Part shown: one piece after another, positions 55,098 through 64,000 of the stretch
Layout of the letters: every line of letters begins with the position of its first letter
Numbering within the stretch: position 1 is the first letter of the stretch
Position numbers and translations under genes: made by a program
Notes under the pieces: generated by a model
What the model saw: the letters and a program-made list of their open reading frames with translations, nothing else
Databases searched by the model: none
What the model was told of the DNA's origin: nothing
Assembly (NCBI GenBank): GCA_963797095.1
Contig: CAWCNY010000005.1
Coordinates: 416,001-480,000, forward strand
From: an uncultured Chloroflexia bacterium
Lineage (GTDB): Bacteria; Chloroflexota; Chloroflexia; QHBQ01; JADMIH01
Length of the DNA: 64,000 nt
Direction of reading: 5' to 3'

Positions 55098-57136
55098 TCA
55101 CGAATTTCACAACCCAATACCTGCCTCCTCTCTTGCTGGCGGTCATCATTGCGCTGGCTGCCGTGCTCTTGCTCTACTGGCTGTCGCGTCGCGGGATTGC
55201 CACCTCGTTGTGGGGCTTTGTCGTGCGCTATCGTGGGGCGCTTGGCTTCTTGTTCGCGATTCTCTTGTTCATCGTAGCCTTCATTACATTCCTTGTACGC
55301 AAGGATGCGGTGGACCAACTTCGCAACCGCGAGGCGCAAGGCTACTTCTCCTCCTACAATCTGCTATTTGGTGCCCCTCTTATTTCAAGCCCTATCACTG
55401 CCACTCTGGAAACAGCCCAGGATAAGGGCAGCCAGATAGTGCAGGATGGCGAGTGGGCATACGGTATCGACCCGCAGTCCTCGGCGATGTCTCCAATGAT
55501 AGCTGTGAGGCCAGGCGTAAGCTACAGGTACAGCTTCTATGACGATGTCAGGGGCCCATACCTGGATGCCCAGGTGCAGGTCAGGATGCTCTGGTTCGAT
55601 CCGGCACATGATGTATTGTCCTGGAATGATTCACCTGAATGGACGGTCCCAGGCGATACTTCCTACACCAACGAGCCGCAGTTTCACACCGCCGCCTATG
55701 CAGCGCCTCCGAACGCAGCCTACCTGAGGCTTCAGATCCGTAACGCAAATCCCCTCTACTTGACACAGCCGGAGACAAGCAGCAACACAACTATCTGGAT
55801 CACGCAGCCGAAGCTATCCCCCGAAGGCATCTATGTCGAGTCCCACCCCAACGCCACCTCCGGAAGCCTTGCCTTCTCCTTCGATTGGGAAACCGCCATG
55901 GGCGGGGCCATTCACTCGAAGGGCGATGCGAACCACGACGTGGCGGGCGCTGCCCAGCACGGCCTTGATATGCGCCAGGGGGCCGGTTGGCTCAACGACC
56001 TCTTTGTGACCAACCATATCAGCGCCACCTTCTACTCCACCGGCTACAACCTGCTCGACGGCAACACCGAACATCTCACCTTCAACGGCGACCCCACGTA
56101 CACATGGGCCTCACCCAAGAACGGTTGGGGCTCTGACTACTGGCTCACCCACCCCTGGTTCAGCGACGACCCCTTCGGCACCTACCAGACCGATCCCGCC
56201 TGGTACTTCGGCGACCAGACCCGCGCCCTCCTCGCCGCCGGGCACGAAATAGGGTCCCACACCTTCGCCCACATTTATGTGCGCGGCTCCAACCCCCAGG
56301 AACTGGCAACCGACCTCGACGAGTGGATCAAATACGCTGCACTGGCGGGCGTGCCCCCACCCACCACATTCGCCTTCCCCTGGCGCAGCAGCAACTCCCT
56401 CACCAAAGAATTCTACGATGTTCTCTACGGCCGGGGCATCCGCACCGTCACACGCCTTTACGCACCCGACCTGAAAGACCTCTACACCCTCGGCAACGCG
56501 ATCGTTTACACCGACATCAAACAGGCCCAACTTTATCCTGATATGGCCGTCATGCCCGACTTCTTGCTCGGCTCCCCTTCTGCCAACGCGGGCGAGGAAG
56601 CGGGTGGCGGATCCACCACTCGCGACCAGGGCTTGAACATCATACAGGAGGTGCTGGCCCGCCGTGGCACAACCTCATTCTGGCAGCACCCAGAACAACT
56701 GGCCGACGATCCCTCGTTCGAAGGTGTGCGCGCCACCTGGACCGATGTGGTCGAGGCCGCCGCCCGCGAGCGCGACAACGGCAGGCTCTGGATCGCCACC
56801 GTGGCCGATATTACCGCCTTCCAGCATGACGTAATGAGCGTCACCTCCACCCTGCAACCGCCCGGCATATTCGGCGGCAAATGGCAAATCGAGGTCCGCA
56901 ACAACTCCGGCAAAGAGCTTCACGGCGTCACGCTCACCCTCCCCGGCGAGGCCGCTTCCGCCATAGACCAGGGCGGCACTGTCCAATCGGTGTCGCACCC
57001 CGATGCTGATGCCACGAGCCTGAGCGCGCCAGGCAAATTCGAGGGGCCATCGCGCCAGATTGTGCTATCGATCCTACAGCCGGGCACAACCACCATCGAA
57101 GTCGAGTGGGCGAAAGGGCAGGAGCCGCCACAGTGA
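55094..57136 (+). CDS. Membrane-anchored polysaccharide deacetylase (NodB-like) protein
   Basis: Two N-terminal TM; FSFDWE, ISATFY, GHEIGSHTFAH, FAFPW, FWQHP. Confidence 0.8.
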   Translation: MITNFTTQYLPPLLLAVIIALAAVLLLYWLSRRGIATSLWGFVVRYRGALGFLFAILLFIVAFITFLVRKDAVDQLRNREAQGYFSSYNLLFGAPLISSPITATLETAQDKGSQIVQDGEWAYGIDPQSSAMSPMIAVRPGVSYRYSFYDDVRGPYLDAQVQVRMLWFDPAHDVLSWNDSPEWTVPGDTSYTNEPQFHTAAYAAPPNAAYLRLQIRNANPLYLTQPETSSNTTIWITQPKLSPEGIYVESHPNATSGSLAFSFDWETAMGGAIHSKGDANHDVAGAAQHGLDMRQGAGWLNDLFVTNHISATFYSTGYNLLDGNTEHLTFNGDPTYTWASPKNGWGSDYWLTHPWFSDDPFGTYQTDPAWYFGDQTRALLAAGHEIGSHTFAHIYVRGSNPQELATDLDEWIKYAALAGVPPPTTFAFPWRSSNSLTKEFYDVLYGRGIRTVTRLYAPDLKDLYTLGNAIVYTDIKQAQLYPDMAVMPDFLLGSPSANAGEEAGGGSTTRDQGLNIIQEVLARRGTTSFWQHPEQLADDPSFEGVRATWTDVVEAAARERDNGRLWIATVADITAFQHDVMSVTSTLQPPGIFGGKWQIEVRNNSGKELHGVTLTLPGEAASAIDQGGTVQSVSHPDADATSLSAPGKFEGPSRQIVLSILQPGTTTIEVEWAKGQEPPQ

Positions 57137-59715
57137 TCCGGCCCGGCCTCCCTCCCCTCTTCAGGAATCGCCATACCATCTCACTCTCCGCCATCCTTGT
57201 CCTCACGCTGGCGGGCCTCATAATAGCCTACCGCCTGCAATATTCCCCAACACTCGATCTCGGCTCGCCCGGCGACTCGCCGTTCCTCCAGGGCTTCTAC
57301 GCCGACGAGCCGGACATAGATTATCGTTACAGGTGGAGCACAGCCCACTCTGAGATCAGCCTGCCGGGGCTGGGAAGCGCAAAACCCTATAAGGTGAAGC
57401 TGCGCCTCCAGAGCCTGGAAATCCCGTATCCGGGCCGCCCGTTGACGGTAACGGTTGCCATCAACGGGATAAGACTGCCCCAAGATGGGGGGACCGGGCC
57501 GGGGAACGAAGAGGCAGACTCGGTTACAACCGACATTCAGACTTACACATATATGTTTGAGGACGCGCACTACATGAACGACATCAGTGCGCCCTACGTG
57601 ATTTCAATAGATACCGGCACCTATCGCCCTCCCGGCGACCCTCGCGACCTCGGCCTCAAGGTCGATTACATGACCCTGGGCCAGTTCGGGCAGGATTGGA
57701 ACTGGCCTTCTTCTTACGTGGCCCTGTGGGTGCTCCTCACGGTACTCGCCGTCTATCTACTTCTCGCAAGTTTACCCGTCACTGTCACGATGCTCCTCAC
57801 TGCGTTGGCGGGGGTGGCGCTCGATATCGCGTCCTATGTCAGCCCCTTCTATGTGGCAGCCTATCTCCCCACCGTAACCATAGCTCTTGCTGTTCTGAGC
57901 GCCCTGGTCTGGCAACGCGCGCGCATTCTCCGTGTGCTCGATCTCCTTAGCACGCAAGCTCAAACGCTTGCCGGTCGCAACGCCGCAAGCAAGCCCGATT
58001 ACGCCCGCGTCAGCATGGTCGTGGCCCTTATCCTCTTCACCGCGCTGGCACTCTGGACCATCCCGCGGGTAGTCTGGATCGGCCACGCCGACTACGCCGA
58101 AAACGCCAATGTGGCCCGCAGCTTAGTAGAAGGACGGGGCCTCACAGTCGATTACGTGGCCCAGTTCTACCAGGATCGCCCCACCATCACGCACCCCGCC
58201 GATACCTGGCCCATGCTGCAACCTCTCATGATCGCGCCTTTCTTCGCCCTGTTCGGCCCGCAGACCTGGGCCGCCAAGCTCCCCAACCTCCTGATTCTGC
58301 TGGCCCTGGCGTGGGGCGTCTTCGCCGTTGGCTCTCGCGTATGGGATCGCCGTGTTGGGCTATTGGCCGGACTGTTCACTCTTTTGCATGCCTACTTCTT
58401 CAACTCTCTCCTCTATCCGATCAACGACCTGGCCTTCACCGCCATCTTTTTCGCACTGGCCTATCTCGCTTTCCAGGCAATATATCCTGAACACCTCGCA
58501 GACGAGCAACCGCAAAGCACCTCGCGCTCCAGGCCACGTTTCCTGCCTTTCCTGCTAATCGGCGCTCTGGCGGCCCTCCTGATCTGGAGCAAGCCAACAG
58601 GGGTTGTGTTACTGGTGGGGCTGGCTCTCTGGGCGGCCTGGGGTTGGTGGGCGAACAGAAAGCAGGCAAAAGATGATCACCCCTGGGCCGATAGGCCGCG
58701 AGCTATCCCATTGCCCGGCCTCCTCGTAGCTGGAGGGGCGTTTATCATCGTCCTCCTGCCCTTGCTCGTCCGCAATATGCTCGCTTTCGGCAGCCCCTTC
58801 TACAGCACCGAAAGCTTCGACGCCTGGATATTGCGCTATTGGCCCTTCTACGAATGGGAAAACATCTACAAATATTACGTAGGCAGCGAGCTACCTCATA
58901 TCCGCTGGGTGATAGGTGGGAAGTTCGGCTACGCCAACCTGTTCGACGCGATAGGCTTCCACCTGCGGGCTGTGTGGGACAAAGGCGTTATGAACCCCAG
59001 CGGCAGCGAGTTTGTCATAGGCGTCTGGCCTCTCTTAGGCGCGCTCGTGGGCCTGCTGACCGCCCCCCGGCGATGCGTGCGCCTGGCACTTCTGGCGCTC
59101 TCCTCCATCACCCTCTACGCGGTCTTCGTGCTCCTCTACTGGCACTTCGAGGGGCGCTACTTTCAGGTTGCCATCCCCTGGCTCTATCTGCTTCTGTCAG
59201 GCGCGGTAGTATGGATCTCCGGCCTGGCTGCCCGTGCCATACGAGGTATAGCGGGGCAAGTAGCATCCACACTGCTGGTAGCGATTATGGCCGCTGCTAT
59301 CCTCTGGCCCAACGTCGAATCTATCAGCAACGAGCTTATGTACAGCACGCGCCGCACCAGTTTCACGGTCGCCATGGATTGGCTGGTAGCCAATAGCTCT
59401 CCCGACGATATTGTGATGACCCGCGATCCGTGGGAGCTAAACTGGCACTCGCGCCGCCGCGCAGTGATGATCCCCTTCGACAACCTCGATACCATTCTCA
59501 AAGTAGCCCGCGAATACGGCGTCACCATGCTGCAATTGGGCGGCCCCACCGATGGTATCGATGTGAAAACCTGTCCATCAAGCCCCAACGCGGCACACTT
59601 CCCCACAGGCTCTCGCGCCGCCCTCGGCAAGCTCTATTGTGGATATGAGATTCCCGGCTTCACCCTCCTCTACAAGAACGGCGACCTGACCATCTACAGG
59701 CTCTCAAATGAGTAG
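57133..59715 (+). CDS. ArnT/GT39-like (GT-C) membrane glycosyltransferase
   Basis: HADYAENANVARSL..GRG, WPMLQP, NDLAF, WSKPTG, EGRYF; many TM; GTGA overlap. Confidence 0.8.
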   Translation: MIRPGLPPLFRNRHTISLSAILVLTLAGLIIAYRLQYSPTLDLGSPGDSPFLQGFYADEPDIDYRYRWSTAHSEISLPGLGSAKPYKVKLRLQSLEIPYPGRPLTVTVAINGIRLPQDGGTGPGNEEADSVTTDIQTYTYMFEDAHYMNDISAPYVISIDTGTYRPPGDPRDLGLKVDYMTLGQFGQDWNWPSSYVALWVLLTVLAVYLLLASLPVTVTMLLTALAGVALDIASYVSPFYVAAYLPTVTIALAVLSALVWQRARILRVLDLLSTQAQTLAGRNAASKPDYARVSMVVALILFTALALWTIPRVVWIGHADYAENANVARSLVEGRGLTVDYVAQFYQDRPTITHPADTWPMLQPLMIAPFFALFGPQTWAAKLPNLLILLALAWGVFAVGSRVWDRRVGLLAGLFTLLHAYFFNSLLYPINDLAFTAIFFALAYLAFQAIYPEHLADEQPQSTSRSRPRFLPFLLIGALAALLIWSKPTGVVLLVGLALWAAWGWWANRKQAKDDHPWADRPRAIPLPGLLVAGGAFIIVLLPLLVRNMLAFGSPFYSTESFDAWILRYWPFYEWENIYKYYVGSELPHIRWVIGGKFGYANLFDAIGFHLRAVWDKGVMNPSGSEFVIGVWPLLGALVGLLTAPRRCVRLALLALSSITLYAVFVLLYWHFEGRYFQVAIPWLYLLLSGAVVWISGLAARAIRGIAGQVASTLLVAIMAAAILWPNVESISNELMYSTRRTSFTVAMDWLVANSSPDDIVMTRDPWELNWHSRRRAVMIPFDNLDTILKVAREYGVTMLQLGGPTDGIDVKTCPSSPNAAHFPTGSRAALGKLYCGYEIPGFTLLYKNGDLTIYRLSNE

Positions 59716-59741
59716 AGACAAGGTTGAAACCTCGTCTCTAT
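59712..59741. repeat. GTAG-type palindrome (REP-like or terminator)
   Basis: GTAGAGACAAGGTT-ga-AACCTCGTCTCTAT between convergent genes. Confidence 0.5.
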
Positions 59742-59757
59742 AACAACAAAATCTACG

Positions 59758-60333
59758 TTACGCGGCCACAGGCAGCGCTTCGTCCTCAAGCTCATCATCG
59801 TCGTGGACGAGTCGCAGGACGGCTGCCGCCGGTGTGCTTGGCGGATTCGGCCCCAGGATGCGCGCATAGGCGGCCTGGCGCTTCGGCCCAAAGCCGGGCA
59901 GCTTGATCACCTCTCCGCGCCGTGCGGCATCGGCCAGTTCGGCGGGCGAGCGCACACCCAACTCTTTGTGCAGGCGTATAGCCAGCTTGGGCCCCACCCC
60001 GTGCACATTCATAAGATGGTCTACTGCGGGTGGCAGGTCTGCTCTTAGCTCCACGTAGAAGCTCATCGAGCCGTCGCGCACCAGTTCCCTGATCTTGTTA
60101 CCCAGGCGCTTGCCGAGGCCCAGCTTGGGCCACTGCTCTTCGTCGAGGGCCATCTCCAGGGCAGGTGTGCCAAGGTTCATGAAGGTCACGGCTGCCTGGC
60201 GATAGTGGGCGATCCTGTAAGGGTTGGCCCCCGCCATCTGCAAAAGCGTGGCGCAGTTGAACAGCACCTCGGATACCTGCTCGTACCCCAAAGCCGGTCT
60301 ATTGCTAATTATCTTCAAGTTACTCTTATCCAT
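59758..60333 (-). CDS. Helix-hairpin-helix protein equivalent to the DNA polymerase X N-terminus only
   Basis: A.LL...GANPYRI..YRQAA, GLGKRLG.KI.E, V.GVGPKLA.RL..ELGV, LPGFGPK; no palm or PHP domain. Confidence 0.8.
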   Translation of the reverse strand: MDKSNLKIISNRPALGYEQVSEVLFNCATLLQMAGANPYRIAHYRQAAVTFMNLGTPALEMALDEEQWPKLGLGKRLGNKIRELVRDGSMSFYVELRADLPPAVDHLMNVHGVGPKLAIRLHKELGVRSPAELADAARRGEVIKLPGFGPKRQAAYARILGPNPPSTPAAAVLRLVHDDDELEDEALPVAA

Positions 60334-60396
60334 CTCCAAACTCTCTTTCACGCTCTCACAACGCTCTATCATCGATACTACGGCCCCAAACAACTG

Positions 60397-60439
60397 GAAC
60401 CACCGTTCTAATTATACACGCAAAACGTCAAAATTGCAA
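60397..60439 (-). promoter_or_regulatory. Promoter TTGCAA-N17-TATAAT with LexA-type box GAAC-N4-GTTC
   Basis: -35 at 60439-60434, -10 at 60416-60411, GAACCACCGTTC at 60397-60408 over the expected start site. Confidence 0.7.
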
Positions 60440-60552
60440 GTGCCCGAAGGTATATATTCTCTTGGGAGCGAGCAGGTTGGCGGCGTCACAACAGTGACTA
60501 AAAGATGATTCGTTTTAGCTAAGATAATTATCTTTGACAGGTGGTTTACTAG

Positions 60553-63500
60553 CTAACGGGTTGAACCGCACGCAGGCGAGAATGTATTTGCCACTATCTT
60601 CGATATTTGTCCTCTAGTTGAGTTGTTCTGGGGCCGGAAGTAAGAGCCTGGGCACGGCTCGCCCTCCCCACCGCACGGGTAACCTATGATGATACTATGT
60701 AAGTAGACCCTCTCCACGTAGACCCAGAACGTGCTCGAGGGGAGCACATCATTGAAGGTTTGCTGACCGGCTGGTATATCGTCATCATATCCGGCTGCTG
60801 TGCTGTCTATTTTGGCTAGCTGTCCCCTCGTGAGGTTATTAGCAGGGCGGAAGTAAGAGCCTGGGCACGGCTCGCCCTCCCCACCGCACGGGTACCCCGA
60901 TATAGCTCCGTGCAGCGCTACCCTCTCTACGTAGACCCAGAAGGTACTGCCCGTTGGTACATCATTGAACATCTGCCGGTCGGGTGGAATAACATCTTGA
61001 TAGTTGGCCGCATTCGAGATAATCTTGGCTGCCTGCGCCCTGGTCACATTGTTGTTGGGGTGGAAAGTGCCGTCTTCATACCCCGATATTATCCCGCGAC
61101 ACGCCAGGCATTCTATGTAAGCATAGAAAGTCGACCCAGGCGGCACATCTGAGAATGAGATTGCGCAAACTGTGGGTGACATAGTGGCAGTAGCGGTCAG
61201 CACACCAGGCGTATTTGTAGGCGATAAAGATGGAGTGGTGGTAGAGGTCGGCACGACAGGTGTATTTGTCGATGACACGGTGCTGGTCGGTTCTGCGGGC
61301 GTATCCGATACAACCGGAGTGGAAGTAGGGGTAGAAGTGGCCGTTAGTACAGGCTCGGATGGGGTGGCAGTGGGAGTACTCACCGGCTGCAGGGCTATAA
61401 TCGCCACAAATGCGTCAAGGATCCCACCGGCATAATCTGCCTGAAATGCATTCTGGGCCGGGAAATCGGGTAAATCGGTTTGCCCGAAAATGTACACTTG
61501 CCCTGCCGCATCCAGCGCAATATTGCTCCCCTGCTCGGTGTATACGTTGCCCCCGTTTGTGCCTGTACCTCCCAGGAATGTGGAGAAGCGGAGCGATGAT
61601 CCTGTTGGATCAAGAATTGCCACGAATGCATCGTAATTAACTCCATTGAAGCTGTCTTGGATGGGGTCTTGCAATGGGAAGTCCGGCGAGTCTGTTCTGC
61701 CCGTAATATAGACATTGCCCTCTCCATCCAATATGATCCCCATCACCTCTTCGGTGTCGTATGAGAAGGTTACCACACCATTTCCGCCAAGATAGGTAGA
61801 ATAGAGCAACTGCTGGTCAGGCTCGGCATTGGGATCGATCTTGGCCGCGAAACCATCGCTAAGCCCTCCACCATAGGTGGTCTGGAAGGCGTCAGGTGTG
61901 ATCGGGAAATCGGATGTGCTGGCCGCCCCGCCTACGTATATAAGGCCTGTTAAATCGACAGCTATGCTCCTGGCGAGATCGTCCAGGCTACCAGCGGCAA
62001 TATTGCCGCCCATATATGTTGAGTAGATTAATTGCTGCTGCCCTGTTCGGCCTGGATCGAGCACGCTTATGAAAGCGTCAAAATTGAACGAACCTAATAC
62101 GTATCCACCACCTGTTGGCTGGAAGGCATTGTGTGTTGGAAAGTCGATCGAACTGGTGCTGCCTGTGAAATATATCTTTCCCGATGCGTCTAACGTGATA
62201 TCGACTCCGAAGTCCCAGCTTAAGCCCCCGATATATGTCGAATAGAGAAGCTCGGACCCTGAGGCGCTGAGCTTTGCCACGAACGCGTCGTATACCCCAC
62301 GCATGATGGGTTGGTAGGGGTTGACCATAGGTAAGTTGGTGGAAGCCGTTTCTCCAGCCAGATACACCTCCCCTTCAGGGTCTATGGTGAGCGCAGCATC
62401 ATCCCAATCATTGCCTCCCAGGTAGGTGGAATAGACAAGTGCTGTGCCGGTGGGATTCAATTTGGTAACGAAAGCGTCAAAATCACCACCACCATAGGTC
62501 GATTGGTAAGCGTTGTACAAGGGAAAATTGGTTGAACTTGTTGCACCGGATAAGTAAATATACCCGTCTGCGTCCAGGGCGATAGACTGTCCAATGTCAT
62601 CACCCGACCCGACATCTGGGCTGCCAGCATCATCCACCTCGCCAAGGCTGCCCCCACCCAGATAGGTGGCATATACTAGCTGCTCGTCCGGCGGCGCGTT
62701 CGGATTCAATTTGGCAACAAAAGCATCACCGTAATCTACTCCGCCATGATAGTGTAATTGATAAGCATCATTCAAAGGGAAGTCTGCTGAGGTGGTTGAG
62801 CCAACCACATAGACAAAACCATCGGCGTCTACGACCATACTATTACCTGCGACGGTCCTCTCCTGAGCGCCACCACCCAGGAAAGTCGAGTATGTGATAG
62901 TGGGGTCGATAGTTAGGGGGTAGTCCGGGTCATATGCGCCCAGTTCGAAGCCTATGCTGCCACCCGCGCTCAAACTGTAATCCACGTCAACGGGAATGCG
63001 CGCTTCACCGATCTGCTGCCATGCAACCGGCGCTTGCTCGATGAGCGTGTTACCCCCACCTTGGGCTCCCGCACCCATTACCTGCATCTGGAGGTTGCCA
63101 GCATCATCCATGCTCACCGTGCGGGTACCTTCGTAATGCCACCGGATCTGCTCTGGGTCAGCCGAGGGGGCAACTATATATGTGCCTTTCAACTGCGAAC
63201 CGGTTCCGGAATAGGTCAGGTCGATGCCCTGGTACAGGTTGGAGTAGGTAATGCCGGAATATGTAGGGAGATTGGAACGCCAGGCATTCGGGTCATTGCC
63301 CAGGAAATAGCTGACCCTGGCCGGCAGAAGATCGGCCGTTCCAATGGTCGCGCCAGGGTTTGAGCCTTCAAAGCTCAAGAATACAGGAGCGAAGTCCGTG
63401 GCTGGCCGATCTTTGCCGCCGCTATGCTGCTCCACCAACTGTGTCTCAATATTAGTAGGGTCGCCTACGCTACCGAGGGCTTCGGATGTGTCAGTGTCAT

Positions 63501-63798
63501 TGGTTGCGCCGGAGTTCGCCAATGCCAGCATTACCCTGGTGGGGGAGAAAGCCATTGTGCCTGCATTCGTATGCGCTATGAAACGTACATTGCTATCAAC
63601 TTGCCCGGCGTTTGGCTCAAAGGCAAGTTGCATCTGGCCGAAATCAAGGTTCGCTGGTCCGGCACTAGATGAGCCCTTTGGACTGTTGAACAAGCCGAGC
63701 AGAAGTGGCGCGGCTAGCAGGGAAACCAGTAACCCCACCAGCAAAATAAGCCCGAATGCATAGCTACGGCCATACTGTCTCATCACAAGAGTTGGCAT
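60553..63798 (-). CDS. Surface protein with SBBP beta-propeller repeats and C-terminal SLH domains
   Basis: N-terminal TM/signal; FEPNAGQ...IDP domain; repeated YV.G.T.S.DFP...DAFVAKL...L.YSTYLGG; P/T linker; three SLH-like repeats (FSDVP, GIISGY, F.P.NN.TR.Q). Confidence 0.88.
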   Translation of the reverse strand: MPTLVMRQYGRSYAFGLILLVGLLVSLLAAPLLLGLFNSPKGSSSAGPANLDFGQMQLAFEPNAGQVDSNVRFIAHTNAGTMAFSPTRVMLALANSGATNDTDTSEALGSVGDPTNIETQLVEQHSGGKDRPATDFAPVFLSFEGSNPGATIGTADLLPARVSYFLGNDPNAWRSNLPTYSGITYSNLYQGIDLTYSGTGSQLKGTYIVAPSADPEQIRWHYEGTRTVSMDDAGNLQMQVMGAGAQGGGNTLIEQAPVAWQQIGEARIPVDVDYSLSAGGSIGFELGAYDPDYPLTIDPTITYSTFLGGGAQERTVAGNSMVVDADGFVYVVGSTTSADFPLNDAYQLHYHGGVDYGDAFVAKLNPNAPPDEQLVYATYLGGGSLGEVDDAGSPDVGSGDDIGQSIALDADGYIYLSGATSSTNFPLYNAYQSTYGGGDFDAFVTKLNPTGTALVYSTYLGGNDWDDAALTIDPEGEVYLAGETASTNLPMVNPYQPIMRGVYDAFVAKLSASGSELLYSTYIGGLSWDFGVDITLDASGKIYFTGSTSSIDFPTHNAFQPTGGGYVLGSFNFDAFISVLDPGRTGQQQLIYSTYMGGNIAAGSLDDLARSIAVDLTGLIYVGGAASTSDFPITPDAFQTTYGGGLSDGFAAKIDPNAEPDQQLLYSTYLGGNGVVTFSYDTEEVMGIILDGEGNVYITGRTDSPDFPLQDPIQDSFNGVNYDAFVAILDPTGSSLRFSTFLGGTGTNGGNVYTEQGSNIALDAAGQVYIFGQTDLPDFPAQNAFQADYAGGILDAFVAIIALQPVSTPTATPSEPVLTATSTPTSTPVVSDTPAEPTSTVSSTNTPVVPTSTTTPSLSPTNTPGVLTATATMSPTVCAISFSDVPPGSTFYAYIECLACRGIISGYEDGTFHPNNNVTRAQAAKIISNAANYQDVIPPDRQMFNDVPTGSTFWVYVERVALHGAISGYPCGGEGEPCPGSYFRPANNLTRGQLAKIDSTAAGYDDDIPAGQQTFNDVLPSSTFWVYVERVYLHSIIIGYPCGGEGEPCPGSYFRPQNNSTRGQISKIVANTFSPACGSTR
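60635..60894. repeat. 47-bp exact direct repeat between SLH repeats
   Basis: CGGAAGTAAGAGCCTGGGCACGGCTCGCCCTCCCCACCGCACGGGTA at 60635-60681 and 60848-60894. Confidence 0.9.
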
Positions 63799-64000
63799 AG
63801 CTCTCCCTCCCTCTCGCAACGAATACTCTAACGAATACCCCGTTATGTATCAAAAAGATGCCGTGTTGGGCGAGTGGTTGGGCTGCTCACCCTCCAATTG
63901 TACACCCAAGCTCCCAGAATGCAAGTAGCCAAAGGTACACATTCTTGTCGGATATTGTACTTCAAGAGCTTCACGCAAGCCGGTAATCTGACCTGGTAGG

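Overview
GC-rich bacterial chromosome segment, most likely Chloroflexota. This is inferred from the FPETGH...VQYFERNRFEYHPE surface-protein repeats, SLH domains carrying a YPCGGEGEPC insert, a GAAC-N4-GTTC SOS box and many TGnTATAAT promoters. It holds about 57 CDS. Housekeeping genes include thrS behind a Thr T-box, nfo, a UDG, a cysteine desulfurase, scpB, tRNA-Leu(TAG), htrA, rpmB-asp23-fakA-degV-degV, recG, rsmD and coaD. There are also beta-oxidation genes, several secreted or surface proteins, and a 14-kb glycosylation cluster whose parts parallel the Arn (ArnBCADTEF) lipid-carrier amino-sugar pathway. No integrase, transposase, prophage or CRISPR array was seen. The most striking unexplained structure is a set of about 16 period-7 tandem-repeat tracts in roughly nine distinct unit types. 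They sit at gene junctions, are mostly arranged as inverted arms, and show a consistent polarity: G-rich arm at or after a stop codon, C-rich arm just before or inside the next gene start. Several invade coding sequence. Other notable items: a 54-bp copy of the thrS 5' coding region 1.55 kb away, a PrsW homolog and a DegV paralog lacking their functional residues, a PolX N-terminus-only gene with a LexA-type box, a Gln-ligated cupredoxin, a 30-codon ORF coupled to scpB, and two in-frame stops in the glycosylation cluster. All calls are by eye from motifs; no database searches were run.
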